NCBI GenBank assembly: GCA_016204695.1
Contig: JACQKD010000014.1
Coordinates: 88,170 to 152,169, forward strand
Source of the DNA: Candidatus Kaiserbacteria bacterium
GTDB taxonomy: Bacteria; Patescibacteriota; Minisyncoccia; Phycocordibacterales; UBA918
Length of the DNA stretch: 64,000 bases
Reading direction: 5' to 3'
Shown here: piece after piece, positions 38,371 through 47,747 of the stretch
Layout: every line of letters begins with the position of its first letter
Position numbering within the stretch: position 1 is the first letter of the stretch
Notes under the pieces: generated by a model
The model's database searches: none
The model's input: the letters and a program-made list of their open reading frames with translations, nothing else
Told to the model about the DNA's origin: nothing
Translations under genes and position numbers: made by a program

Positions 38371-38382
38371 AACCACATCATC

Positions 38383-40113
38383 ATGCCTTTGCGACTTGAG
38401 CGGCTCCTCCCATACGCGCTTCCCGTATTGCTCGTCATGCTCTATATCATCCTGCTCTCCGGCGGTATCAATCTCGTGACCGCCGACCTCGGCAGGCATA
38501 TCGCGAACGGCCGGCTTTTCCTCGAGACGTGGCAGACGATAGACACCAACACCTATTCCTACACGCATCCGGACTTCCCGGTCGCCAATCATCACTGGCT
38601 CTCCGGCGTCCTTTTCTATCTCACGTTCATTGTCGGAGGATTCGCGGGAACACACCTCATGTTCATCCTCGTGAGCGCCGCGGCATTTCTCATTTTTTTC
38701 CGTATCGCATGGAAAAAGGGCGGACTTCCGCTTGCGAGTGTCTTCGCACTCCTCCTCTTGCCCATCATCGCCGAGCGCACCGAAGTCCGGCCCGAGGCAT
38801 TCAGCTATCTGCTCGCGGGCGTATATTTCTTTCTGCTCCTTAGGCATCGCGAAGGGCGACTCTCTGCGAAAGCGCTTGCGATAACACTCGGCATTCTGCA
38901 AGTCCTCTGGGTCAATCTCCATATCTATTTTTTCGTCGGCTGGGTATTGGTCGGAACATTCCTGCTTGAAGACATCGTCATGCGCGGCAGGCGGCACGCA
39001 TCAACCAAAACGCTCGCGCTCTGTTTCGGCATCGTGCTTGCCGCAGTATTCGTCAATCCGTTTACGCTCGAAGGCGCGCTCGCGCCGTTTACCATTTTCA
39101 ATGAATACGGCTATCGGCTCGTCGAGAACCAGTCGGTGTGGTTCCTCCGGAGCATACTCAACCGTCCAAACCTGCTTTATTTTGAAATCGTTTCAGCCGC
39201 GCTCGTCGGAAGTTTCATACTCGTCTTCATCCGTGAGAAGCGAATACTTGGAGCTTCGCAAGAGGTTGTCGACAGTTTCGACCGAATGGTGAGAAGCCGT
39301 GGGACGGCTTCGCAAGACCTTTTGAGATATTTCCGAAGCGAAGCGAACGGAAATAGCCAAAAGGTATACAGTTCCTGTAAGGAAGAAACTGTCATACAAC
39401 CTGAACAGCGCCGGTACGGCGAGAACATACGTATTGTGGAGCTAATTTTAGGTCTCGGATTCGGCGTGGCCGCGGCGCTCGCCCTGCGCAACTTCACCAT
39501 CTTCGGCCTTTTCGCACTACCGCTCTTCGCCGAAAATGTCGCACACGCATTTCCATCCATAAAAACGTCCGCTTCGCGAACCGCCGAGTGGATGCTCGCC
39601 GGAGTTATCGCCGTCATCGTCCTTTTGTTCGTCACCGGCGAGATGCGCAAGGCGTATGCGTATCCGCCGCACGCACTCGGCCTCTTGCCGGGCAACGAGC
39701 GCTCTGCGGAATTTTTTCTCGCGCACGATCTCAAGGGACCGATATTCAACAACTACGACATCGGCGGGTATCTCATCCACTACCTCTATCCGCACGAACG
39801 TGTGTTCGTCGACAACCGCCCCGAAGCATACCCTGCGGAATTTTTCCGGAACGTATATATTCCGATGCAGGAAAATGAAACTGTCTGGAACGAACAGGAC
39901 GCAACGCATCACTTCAACACCATCTTCTTCTCGTACCATGACTACACGCCGTGGGCTCAGCAATTTTTGGTCGCACGGATCAACGACCCCGACTGGGCGC
40001 CGGTGTACGCCGACAATTTCGTCATCATTTTTCTCAAGCGGAACGAGCAAAATACTGCTATCATCAGTGAGTTTGAAATCCCGCGCGAGCGGTTCAGGAT
40101 GACGCCGTCATGA
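38383..40113 (+). CDS. polytopic membrane protein (GT-C-like); carries a 186-bp nested in-frame insertion
   Basis: DLGRHIANGR, HHWLS, RPEAFS, LWVNLH, NPF, FNNYDIGGYL and FVDNRPEAY motifs; adjacent to a GT2. Confidence 0.85.
   Translation: MPLRLERLLPYALPVLLVMLYIILLSGGINLVTADLGRHIANGRLFLETWQTIDTNTYSYTHPDFPVANHHWLSGVLFYLTFIVGGFAGTHLMFILVSAAAFLIFFRIAWKKGGLPLASVFALLLLPIIAERTEVRPEAFSYLLAGVYFFLLLRHREGRLSAKALAITLGILQVLWVNLHIYFFVGWVLVGTFLLEDIVMRGRRHASTKTLALCFGIVLAAVFVNPFTLEGALAPFTIFNEYGYRLVENQSVWFLRSILNRPNLLYFEIVSAALVGSFILVFIREKRILGASQEVVDSFDRMVRSRGTASQDLLRYFRSEANGNSQKVYSSCKEETVIQPEQRRYGENIRIVELILGLGFGVAAALALRNFTIFGLFALPLFAENVAHAFPSIKTSASRTAEWMLAGVIAVIVLLFVTGEMRKAYAYPPHALGLLPGNERSAEFFLAHDLKGPIFNNYDIGGYLIHYLYPHERVFVDNRPEAYPAEFFRNVYIPMQENETVWNEQDATHHFNTIFFSYHDYTPWAQQFLVARINDPDWAPVYADNFVIIFLKRNEQNTAIISEFEIPRERFRMTPS
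39234..39419 (+). repeat. structured element copy C (93-bp outer copy containing a 93-bp inner copy)
   Basis: Same ends as copy B; removal gives ...VFIR|ENIRIV... Confidence 0.92.
39290..39382 (+). repeat. 93-bp inner copy nested in the loop of copy C
   Basis: TGAGAAGCCGTGGGACGGCTTCGCAAGA-CCTTTTG...CAAAAGG-TATACAGTTCCTGTAAGG. Confidence 0.88.
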
Positions 40114-40808
40114 CATCGACAATGAAAACACTCTCCATCGTCGTTCCCGTATACAACGAAGCAAAAACGGTCAATACCGTACTTGAACGGCTCGGCGCCG
40201 TCCCCATGGCCGGTTGGGAAAAAGAGATCATCGTCGTCAACGACGGCTCGACCGACGACACCGAGGAGGCGCTCGCGCCGTACCGCTCGCACATCACCTA
40301 CATCCGCCACCCCGAAAATCGCGGCAAAGGAGCGGCGGTCCGCACCGCGACGGCGCTCGCGACCGGCGATGCCGTCATCATCCAGGACGCCGACCTTGAA
40401 TACGACCCGGCGGACATTCCCGCGCTCCTTGCCGCATTTTCGAAAAACAGTGTGCATGCCGTCTACGGCTCGCGAGGACAGCGCGTGTTTGAAAGCCGCC
40501 GGCCGCACTATGTCGCGGGAGTCAAACTGCTCACCGCGCTCGCCAATACCTGTTTCAAATCGCGTCTTTCGGACATCTACACCGGCTACAAGCTCGTTCG
40601 CACCGACATTCTGAAGGACCTCGACCTCACCAGCGCCGGTTTCGAATACGAAATGGAAATCACCGCGCGGCTTCTCAAACGCGGACACCGTATTATCGAA
40701 GTGCCCGTGCGCTACACCCCGCGCGACTTCGGGGAAGGGAAGAAGATCCGTCCCCGCGACGGCATCGTCGGCATCGCCACCCTTGCGCGAGTAGCTCTTT
40801 GGAAATAG
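40110..40808 (+). CDS. glycosyltransferase family 2
   Basis: SIVVPVYNE, VNDGSTD, NRGKGAA and IQDADLEYDP motifs. Confidence 0.95.
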   Translation: MTSTMKTLSIVVPVYNEAKTVNTVLERLGAVPMAGWEKEIIVVNDGSTDDTEEALAPYRSHITYIRHPENRGKGAAVRTATALATGDAVIIQDADLEYDPADIPALLAAFSKNSVHAVYGSRGQRVFESRRPHYVAGVKLLTALANTCFKSRLSDIYTGYKLVRTDILKDLDLTSAGFEYEMEITARLLKRGHRIIEVPVRYTPRDFGEGKKIRPRDGIVGIATLARVALWK

Positions 40809-40811
40809 GCC

Positions 40812-42338
40812 TCACGCGTATCCGGGGAAATAGTCGCGGCGGATGTGGCGGTCGGGTATGCCCATGTCGAGAAGCGTTTTCGAAATTCCTTCCACCATCG
40901 GTTCGGGGCCAGAGATATAAAAGATGCGCTCGCTCGCATCCGGCACTTCGGCTTTGATCATATCCGCATCGAGGCGGCCGGTTCTTCCAGTCCATCCACT
41001 TGGTATTTTGTCCGCTTCTGAAAGTACGTATACATTCCGCAGACCGACTTTTGCCGCCTCTTCAAATATGTCGCGGAACACGAGGTCCTGCTCGGTGCGA
41101 GCGGCGTAAAGAAGCACAATATCCCGACGCTCGTTTTTTGCGAGCAAGTATTTCGCCATACTCCTGAAAGGCGTGACGCCGATACCTCCGGCGATCCAGA
41201 CGATTTTTCGCTTCGGGTCGGAGGGCAGGATAAACTCGCCTGCGACTTTCCCTGCGACAATGTCGTCTCCCTCCCGCATCTCGCCGAGCCTCTTCTTCCA
41301 TGTGCTTCCCTTGGACGCCGCAAAGCGCGTCGCGAGCAGTATCTGTTTCTCCTCCGGCGCCGATGCGATGGTGAAGTAGCGGCGCACGCCTCGCGCATCC
41401 GCCTTCGGATGCGCGAGCGTGTACTCCAAAAATTGTCCCGGAAAAAACGAAAAGGGTTTCATCGGCTCGAACCAGAATCCCCAAATATCCGCCGACAATT
41501 GTTTCTTTTTCCGCAATACAAACGACTGGCGAAAATCCGGACTCACGATACGCGCGAAGATATTGCCGACAAGCAGTGCAAGTTCAAGCGGCACCGCGGA
41601 CATCCCCACCCACTGCGGGACGAACATCACCGCGGCAATCACCGTACCGAACCATATCCGCCACCGCTTGGTATGCGGCGACGTCAGCGGCTCGACCAGC
41701 ATCACGAACGAGAAGAACAAGATGGGGGAGGAGATGAAAATGGTATAGAGCAGTGTCGGGATATCCGCCACGGTCCCTCCGCGCACCAAGAAAACGTCAA
41801 CGAACAGCAATGCCAGATACGCCGCGAGAAAGCCGGCGACAAGATGCATCCTGCGGATTTTGCAGACAATCAGCAGTCCTCCCAGAAGCACAAGCGGCAA
41901 TGTCACCACGCTTCCGATCCACCAGCTTGCCGAATATCCGAGGAGTCCGGCCGCAAACGCACCGAACGCGGCGGGATTAAAAATATGACTTTTGCGCATC
42001 GCAAAAACATATTTCGATGCCATCGCGAATGCCGCCGCAAGCAGGAGCCAGTGCCAGTCTGCCGCGAGCGACACCGGCCCGATGATGGCCGAAAGAATGA
42101 GGCCGCTGATAATCGCCGATTCGATATTTTGCGTTGCGCCGACTATCCGCGAGATAATCTCGCTCACCAACCGGCACGCCGCGACAAGCAGGAGCGTCTG
42201 CAAGAGAACCTCCCACCACCTATATGGAAGAAGCCCGACCGCGCTCGCCGCCACCGCCCATCCCAACAACACAACCAAAAACCACACCATCAGCCGGTAC
42301 ATGGTCGTCTTGTCTAGAAATCTCTGGACAAAATACAT
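40812..42338 (-). CDS. RnfD/NqrB-like membrane domain fused to an FAD/NAD(P)-binding ferredoxin-reductase domain
   Basis: SKY...HIFNPAAFG and MLVEPLTSP; then PGQF, RYFTIAS, IAGGIGVTPFRSM, YISGP. Confidence 0.85.
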   Translation of the reverse strand: MYFVQRFLDKTTMYRLMVWFLVVLLGWAVAASAVGLLPYRWWEVLLQTLLLVAACRLVSEIISRIVGATQNIESAIISGLILSAIIGPVSLAADWHWLLLAAAFAMASKYVFAMRKSHIFNPAAFGAFAAGLLGYSASWWIGSVVTLPLVLLGGLLIVCKIRRMHLVAGFLAAYLALLFVDVFLVRGGTVADIPTLLYTIFISSPILFFSFVMLVEPLTSPHTKRWRIWFGTVIAAVMFVPQWVGMSAVPLELALLVGNIFARIVSPDFRQSFVLRKKKQLSADIWGFWFEPMKPFSFFPGQFLEYTLAHPKADARGVRRYFTIASAPEEKQILLATRFAASKGSTWKKRLGEMREGDDIVAGKVAGEFILPSDPKRKIVWIAGGIGVTPFRSMAKYLLAKNERRDIVLLYAARTEQDLVFRDIFEEAAKVGLRNVYVLSEADKIPSGWTGRTGRLDADMIKAEVPDASERIFYISGPEPMVEGISKTLLDMGIPDRHIRRDYFPGYA

Positions 42339-42454
42339 GCTTCCATTATAATCCGTCACCTTGCCGGAGATATATGCCCTCGGGGGTATATCGCGGAGCG
42401 ACCGCGATATCTCACTCTGCGAGCAAGCAGAGAAACGGCAAGAAGGAGAGGGTT

Positions 42455-42685
42455 ATGGCCTGTATCTGTGCCCATTCAAGCGGGCAGTTGGACGGCCTCG
42501 GGTGTGTTTATTGTGACGGGACGGGCGACCAGAGACATTTCCCCGCCGATCGTGTTGGGGGAATGCCGGATTGCGCCAATCCGGGGTGTGGCCACCCATT
42601 TAAGAACCACGGTATCGGGAGCCAGAAGGACAAAATCTTCTGTCATGTTCTCGGATGCCACTGCCCGGCCTACCAACGGGCGTAA
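42455..42685 (+). CDS. Cys/His-rich microprotein (76 aa)
   Basis: GAAGGAGAGG RBS; CICAH, CVYC, CANPGCGH and CHVLGCHC. Confidence 0.55.
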   Translation: MACICAHSSGQLDGLGCVYCDGTGDQRHFPADRVGGMPDCANPGCGHPFKNHGIGSQKDKIFCHVLGCHCPAYQRA

Positions 42686-42766
42686 AGGATGATAGTCATG
42701 TGTACTTTTGGGGAGAGCGGCGAGTGCCCGGCACTCGCCGTTTTTTTGTATTTGGTATATGTTGCT

Positions 42767-43399
42767 ATGATGGATCAAAAGGATATCGATGCGGCACTGC
42801 TTCATTTCAAACGGCATGATCCGGTGCTCGCGGAAGTGACACAGAGAGTGGGGAAGTTGCAACGACGATTTGAGAAGCGGGATGCGTTTACGCATCTGTG
42901 CAGGGCGATTGTCGGACAGCAATTGTCGGTCAAAGCGGCGGCGACCATTTGGGAGCGAGTATGTGCGCTCTACGGAAACAAGAAGATGCTCCTGCCGCGC
43001 GAGATCCTCGCAACGCGAGCTGACACACTGCGGAAGTGCGGCCTATCACTGAATAAAATTACAACGCTCGAAGATCTCGCGCGGCATTTCGCCGAAGAGA
43101 ACATCGACCCCAAGCGATTCCCGAGGATGCGGAGCGACGACATAATCGCCGCACTCGTCGCGGTACGCGGCATCGGAGTATGGACGGCGCAGATGTATCT
43201 TATTTTCGGCTTGCGACGACCGGATATCCTACCGGTCGGCGACCTCGGATTCCAAAACGGCATTCAACGCGCATATCGCCTCCGCGCTCGCCCCGCCGAG
43301 AGAACCATCCGCCGATTCGCGAAAAAATGGACCGGGTACGAAAGTATCGCCGCCCTCTACCTCTGGGAGTACCTCCATATCGATATCCACAGAGCATGA
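42767..43399 (+). CDS. alkA: DNA-3-methyladenine glycosylase II
   Basis: IVGQQLSVKAA; HhH-GPD VRGIGVWTA...DILPVGDLG. Confidence 0.9.
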   Translation: MMDQKDIDAALLHFKRHDPVLAEVTQRVGKLQRRFEKRDAFTHLCRAIVGQQLSVKAAATIWERVCALYGNKKMLLPREILATRADTLRKCGLSLNKITTLEDLARHFAEENIDPKRFPRMRSDDIIAALVAVRGIGVWTAQMYLIFGLRRPDILPVGDLGFQNGIQRAYRLRARPAERTIRRFAKKWTGYESIAALYLWEYLHIDIHRA

Positions 43400-43454
43400 G
43401 CTTTTTGCACATCGGCGGCTTTTATCCCGTCGGCGATATGGTATCGTATTGGTA

Positions 43455-44042
43455 ATGTTTTTCTTCTACGCTCTGGTGCCGGTCATAAGTAGCATGGCGG
43501 TGTCGCTCGGTGTCGGATCCTCGACGTTTGCGCTCGTCTTCTACTTCATGGCTACACACAGCCCCACGCTCCACGAGACGGGGCGGCCGTACCAAAAAGT
43601 GGTCTATATCGTGCTTCGCGTTGCGATGGTGCTTATTCTTCTCATGGAAATCCTTAAGATCGGTTTTTACATGTACAATGGCGTGTCGGTCAAAGAACTT
43701 CTTGCCGCGGACGTACTCGCATTTATGTGGACAGTGGTTGCGGTGCTCTTCGTAAATCCCGTATTGATGACATTTCACTACATGCCAAAAAAGATCGGCT
43801 CCGCGATCCAGGCGACAAGCTGGTATACGCTCGGTGTCGTCTCCGCATTGCCCGGAGACATCCTCTACTCGTATCTGCCGCTCGTACTGACCTACGCCGG
43901 GTGCGTCGTAGCCATGGCGGTCGTGATCGAACTTATCACGCAAAAGGTGGCGCCGAAGGAGAGTATACCGGTTGCGGACACGCTGGAAGCGGTCGTTGTG
44001 ACGGTCGAATCGAATTCTGCTAGAATAGACGAGCCCGTATAA
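43455..44042 (+). CDS. membrane protein
   Basis: About five TM; SLGVGSST and AIQATSWY. Confidence 0.75.
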   Translation: MFFFYALVPVISSMAVSLGVGSSTFALVFYFMATHSPTLHETGRPYQKVVYIVLRVAMVLILLMEILKIGFYMYNGVSVKELLAADVLAFMWTVVAVLFVNPVLMTFHYMPKKIGSAIQATSWYTLGVVSALPGDILYSYLPLVLTYAGCVVAMAVVIELITQKVAPKESIPVADTLEAVVVTVESNSARIDEPV

Positions 44043-44043
44043 C

Positions 44044-44316
44044 ATGATCAAGGAATTTTTGATGCGGAAAATGCTTGAGCGCCAGCTCAAGAACGTGCCT
44101 CCTGCGCAACGCGCGCAGATATTGGCGATGGTGGAGAAAGACCCCAAACTTTTCGAACAAATCGCAAAGGAAATAAAGGACGAAATGAAAAAAGGGAAGG
44201 ATCAGACTATGGCCGCAATGACCGTGATGCCGAAATACCAGAAGGAGCTTGCGGCCCTTATGGGCGCTCCAAAGATACGGCAACAGTTTAATGCTAACGG
44301 TTCTATTAGAAAGTAA
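44044..44316 (+). CDS. small helical hypothetical protein
   Basis: PKLFEQIAKEI...GKDQTMAAM..M.KYQ.EL. Confidence 0.75.
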   Translation: MIKEFLMRKMLERQLKNVPPAQRAQILAMVEKDPKLFEQIAKEIKDEMKKGKDQTMAAMTVMPKYQKELAALMGAPKIRQQFNANGSIRK

Positions 44317-44317
44317 C

Positions 44318-44443
44318 AGAGTATGTCCCAAAATCTTCATCTGCTTTGTCGCCTTCGGCGCTCGAACACTCACTGTATTATCTATACACCTCGCGTGCTC
44401 ACTCCTCGGCTTCGCACATCTAAAGGATTTTTGAACACACTCT
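44318..44443. mobile_element. MITE/REP-like palindromic element (second family)
   Basis: Imperfect terminal inverted repeats AGAGTATGTCCCAAAATCTT / AGGATTTTTGAACACACTCT around a CATCTG...CATCT core. Confidence 0.55.
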
Positions 44444-44453
44444 AGAAAACATT

Positions 44454-45029
44454 ATGAAAAAAATACTTGTTCTTTTAGGGAATCCCGATACGGAATCTTT
44501 CTCGGGCGAGCTCGCAACGGCATATGAAGAAGCCGCGCGCACTGCCGGACATGAAGTGCAACGCGTCAATATCGCCGACATGAAATTCGACCCCATCCTG
44601 CACAAGGGGTATAAGGTCATCCAACCCCTTGAGCCCGATCTCATCGCCATGCAGGAAAAGTGGAAGTGGGCCGATCATGTCGTCATCGTGTATCCGAACT
44701 GGTGGTGCACCATGCCTGCGCTGTTGAAAGGCATGTTTGACCGCATGTATCTGCCCGGATTTGCCTTCAACTTCGAAAAGCCGTCGCACCGACTCATCCA
44801 ACGGCTCAAAGGTAAAACCGCACGGGTAATCGTAGTCGCAGGAACGCACAGCCCCTTTATGACATGGTTGAAATTCGGCGACTATACCAATGAAATCGTG
44901 CACGGCATCTTGGGATTTGCGGGCATCAAGGCCTGCGCCACGACGTTCGGTCCCGGCGATCACGTCACCGATGCGCACCGTGCCAAATGGAAGGCAAAAG
45001 TCGCAGAGCTCGGCAAAGCCGGAAAATGA
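44454..45029 (+). CDS. NAD(P)H-dependent oxidoreductase (flavodoxin-like fold)
   Basis: WADHVVIVYPNWW.TMPALLKGMFDR...PGFAF, LKGKTAR. Confidence 0.92.
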   Translation: MKKILVLLGNPDTESFSGELATAYEEAARTAGHEVQRVNIADMKFDPILHKGYKVIQPLEPDLIAMQEKWKWADHVVIVYPNWWCTMPALLKGMFDRMYLPGFAFNFEKPSHRLIQRLKGKTARVIVVAGTHSPFMTWLKFGDYTNEIVHGILGFAGIKACATTFGPGDHVTDAHRAKWKAKVAELGKAGK

Positions 45030-45080
45030 CGACCTGCGACCGGTACCGGTCGGCCCCGCGGGACAGACTCCGGATCGCGG

Positions 45081-46022
45081 CTACATCTTCGTCAGAAATT
45101 CGTTGACATTCGCCTCCGTCTTCAACGGAATAGCTATCAAGAAAGTCGTGCCTTTATTCTCGATCGATTCGAAACGGATAGTGCCGCGGTGTGCTTTGAC
45201 ATATTGGTCGGACATATACAGCCCGATGCCGCTTCCCGTACTAAGTCGCTTTCTCGCATTGCTTGCTCGGAAAAACTCCGAGAAAATTTTACCCTGTTCT
45301 CCTTTCGGAATCCCGATACCGGTGTCTTGAACACGCACATGCAGGTGCGTGTCGTCGTTGGTAACGGACAATGTTATCTCATTTTTGCCCTCGCTCGTAT
45401 ACTGGAGTGCGTTTTCAAGAAGATTTTCCAAAATGATCCGCAGACGCAACATGTCGACTTCGACCTGCCGTTTTTGATCCAGCCGCACTTCCGTCCGAAA
45501 CTCTATACCCCGTTGGCGCGTTCCCACCGAATAGCGCTCAATCGTTTCGTTGATCATTTCTTCGACTTCCGCGAGCGTGACCCACGCGAGAGAAATCGAC
45601 AGCTTTCCGATATCAAGAATACTGACATCGAGAAGATTTACCGCATGCACGACCGTCGTGCGGATCGACGCGATGGCGTCCTGCAACATTTTCCTGTCGC
45701 TCTCCTTGAGAACGCCCGTATAGTTGTCGAGAATAAATTGAATCGTCCATCCGGTCGACGTGAGGCCGGTTCGCATCTCATGTGTAATCAGCGACACGAT
45801 CTCGTTGCGCACCTTGCCGTTCTTCTTTGCAATCCGCTCTTGCCGATATGCGACAATCGCCACCGACACGAGAATGCCGAGGATACTCATGATAATAAGC
45901 ATGGCCGTCGATTCATCCCGTGTTACCGGCGATATCTGAAAGGTCAGGAGGATAGTGCCCGCAACGGCGCCGCCCGCTCCGCCGACCGCGTACAACGTGA
46001 TTTTTTCGATTATCTCTTGCAT
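45081..46022 (-). CDS. sensor histidine kinase
   Basis: HEMRT, NLLENA, DTGIGIP, FFRASN and GSGIGLY boxes. Confidence 0.93.
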   Translation of the reverse strand: MQEIIEKITLYAVGGAGGAVAGTILLTFQISPVTRDESTAMLIIMSILGILVSVAIVAYRQERIAKKNGKVRNEIVSLITHEMRTGLTSTGWTIQFILDNYTGVLKESDRKMLQDAIASIRTTVVHAVNLLDVSILDIGKLSISLAWVTLAEVEEMINETIERYSVGTRQRGIEFRTEVRLDQKRQVEVDMLRLRIILENLLENALQYTSEGKNEITLSVTNDDTHLHVRVQDTGIGIPKGEQGKIFSEFFRASNARKRLSTGSGIGLYMSDQYVKAHRGTIRFESIENKGTTFLIAIPLKTEANVNEFLTKM

Positions 46023-46124
46023 ATATGGACGGAAAACAAGCGTGCTATTGGAAGACAGTCGGGCCCCCTGACAACCCGAAGCTCAATGGCATTAGAGTAT
46101 ATGCAATATCGGACAGGCTTGACG

Positions 46125-46793
46125 TTATACGCGATTCATCGTCGGTTGTTGCCTTCCTCGGGTGAAAAGCAGTGAACCGAGAATGATCACCGGGGCGAAG
46201 AATCCGATCACCGAGCCGGCAAGTATCGCTCCGCCAAGCATTGCTCCGTTGGCGACGACGCAACAACTCACGACTCCGGCACCTCCTCCAAACGCCTTGA
46301 TCCTAAGCAGACGCTCCGTGGTCCTGATGGCGAGCAGGAGCATGAAGCCGCCGACCACCAAGCCGTTGATCACGATGTCATACCAAAGTGTGAATTCCAT
46401 CAATTTCATTTGCCGTTCTTCCGTCTGCATAAACCAGACAAAGAGACCTAGCACGGCCGCAAGTATAAGGAGAAACAAGACCCGTCTCTTCCCTTGAGAG
46501 AGGGAGCTGAACGGGAATTTGAGCATATAGGCGGAACCGACGAATACCGCCAGACTTGCGACATTACCATAAAAGATGTTCATGGTTTGTACTTCCAATC
46601 CCATGAAAAACATGTTCACCGCCTGATACAGAAGAAAGGCGAGCAACGCGCCGATCAGTTCATTTTTCTCCCTCCGGTACGATCTCCAAAGAGATGCCGC
46701 GCACAGTATGTAAAAAATACCGGACACGATCATCAAGAAAGCCTCCATATGCAGACCGAGAATGATTGTACCCCCCATTGGTTCCATTTCCAT
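46125..46793 (-). CDS. multi-TM membrane protein upstream of the kinase
   Basis: About seven hydrophobic helices. Confidence 0.75.
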   Translation of the reverse strand: MEMEPMGGTIILGLHMEAFLMIVSGIFYILCAASLWRSYRREKNELIGALLAFLLYQAVNMFFMGLEVQTMNIFYGNVASLAVFVGSAYMLKFPFSSLSQGKRRVLFLLILAAVLGLFVWFMQTEERQMKLMEFTLWYDIVINGLVVGGFMLLLAIRTTERLLRIKAFGGGAGVVSCCVVANGAMLGGAILAGSVIGFFAPVIILGSLLFTRGRQQPTMNRV

Positions 46794-46899
46794 GCTGTTG
46801 TGTGTTTAAGGCATCCGTGCTTTTTTTAATATCTCCTTATGATAGAGTATACATAACCTCCCCGTAAAAAAAGTTATCAACTGTGTACTATACTCCCAT

Positions 46900-47280
46900 A
46901 TGACCACGGCATCGGCAAAACGGGTATTTCTCGTCGAAGACGACGAGTTTTTGAGTTCGATGCTCATGAATCAATTGGCGGCTCATAATATTTCCGCGGA
47001 ACGCTTCGGAGACGGCCGCACCGCCAGCGAAGCGTTGAAAAAAGATCCGCCGCATCTCTTGATACTGGACCTTTTTCTTCCCGACATCAGCGGTTTTGAG
47101 ATTCTTGAAATGATACGGAAAGATGAACATCTAAAAGACCTGCCCGTGTTGGTGGTCTCGAACACCAGCCAGGTGGACGACAAGGAGCGGGTCCACAGAC
47201 TCGGCGCCACATTCTTACTCAAAGTGCTTGTCACTCCCCAACAGATCGCGGAACATGCGCAGAAGATGCTCGCCGCATAG
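46900..47280 (+). CDS. single-domain response regulator
   Basis: LVEDD, ILDLFLPDISG, PVLVVS and conserved Lys. Confidence 0.92.
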   Translation: MTTASAKRVFLVEDDEFLSSMLMNQLAAHNISAERFGDGRTASEALKKDPPHLLILDLFLPDISGFEILEMIRKDEHLKDLPVLVVSNTSQVDDKERVHRLGATFLLKVLVTPQQIAEHAQKMLAA

Positions 47281-47480
47281 CCGTTCGGTGCGCGACAGGA
47301 TTTGTATCAGCCGTTTTTTCGACCTGTGCACAACTTCCGGGGAAACTCATGGACTTCCGGCGGCATTGGTCGGTATTATAGGGAAGGGTGCCATAATCGC
47401 AGAGCAAAAATGGGCCCGTCGAGTATACGATCGGAAGAAAAAGAAAATTATAAAACCGTAGCAAATTAAGAAACCAAACT

Positions 47481-47606
47481 ATGATGAACGGATATTCGAT
47501 GATGGGCGATGGCGGTATCGGCTGGCTGTTGTATCTCGTCGTGTTTATTGACCTTGTGCTTCTCGGGATATGGCTCTGGAAGCAAATCTCAAAAAAGGGC
47601 AACTGA
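47481..47606 (+). CDS. single-TM microprotein (41 aa)
   Basis: MMNGYSMMGDGGIGWLLYLVVFIDLVLLGIWLWKQISKKGN; below the track cutoff. Confidence 0.65.
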   Translation: MMNGYSMMGDGGIGWLLYLVVFIDLVLLGIWLWKQISKKGN

Positions 47607-47747
47607 ATTCAGTGGACGGATGACGGTACCGTCATCTGATCTTGCGCACAGGGACAGTCTCGCGTGAAATACGACGCGACCACGGGTTGTGGTCATTGCC
47701 GGCGGGATCCCCGAGCGTCCATGTATGTGGAATCTTGAATAATCACT

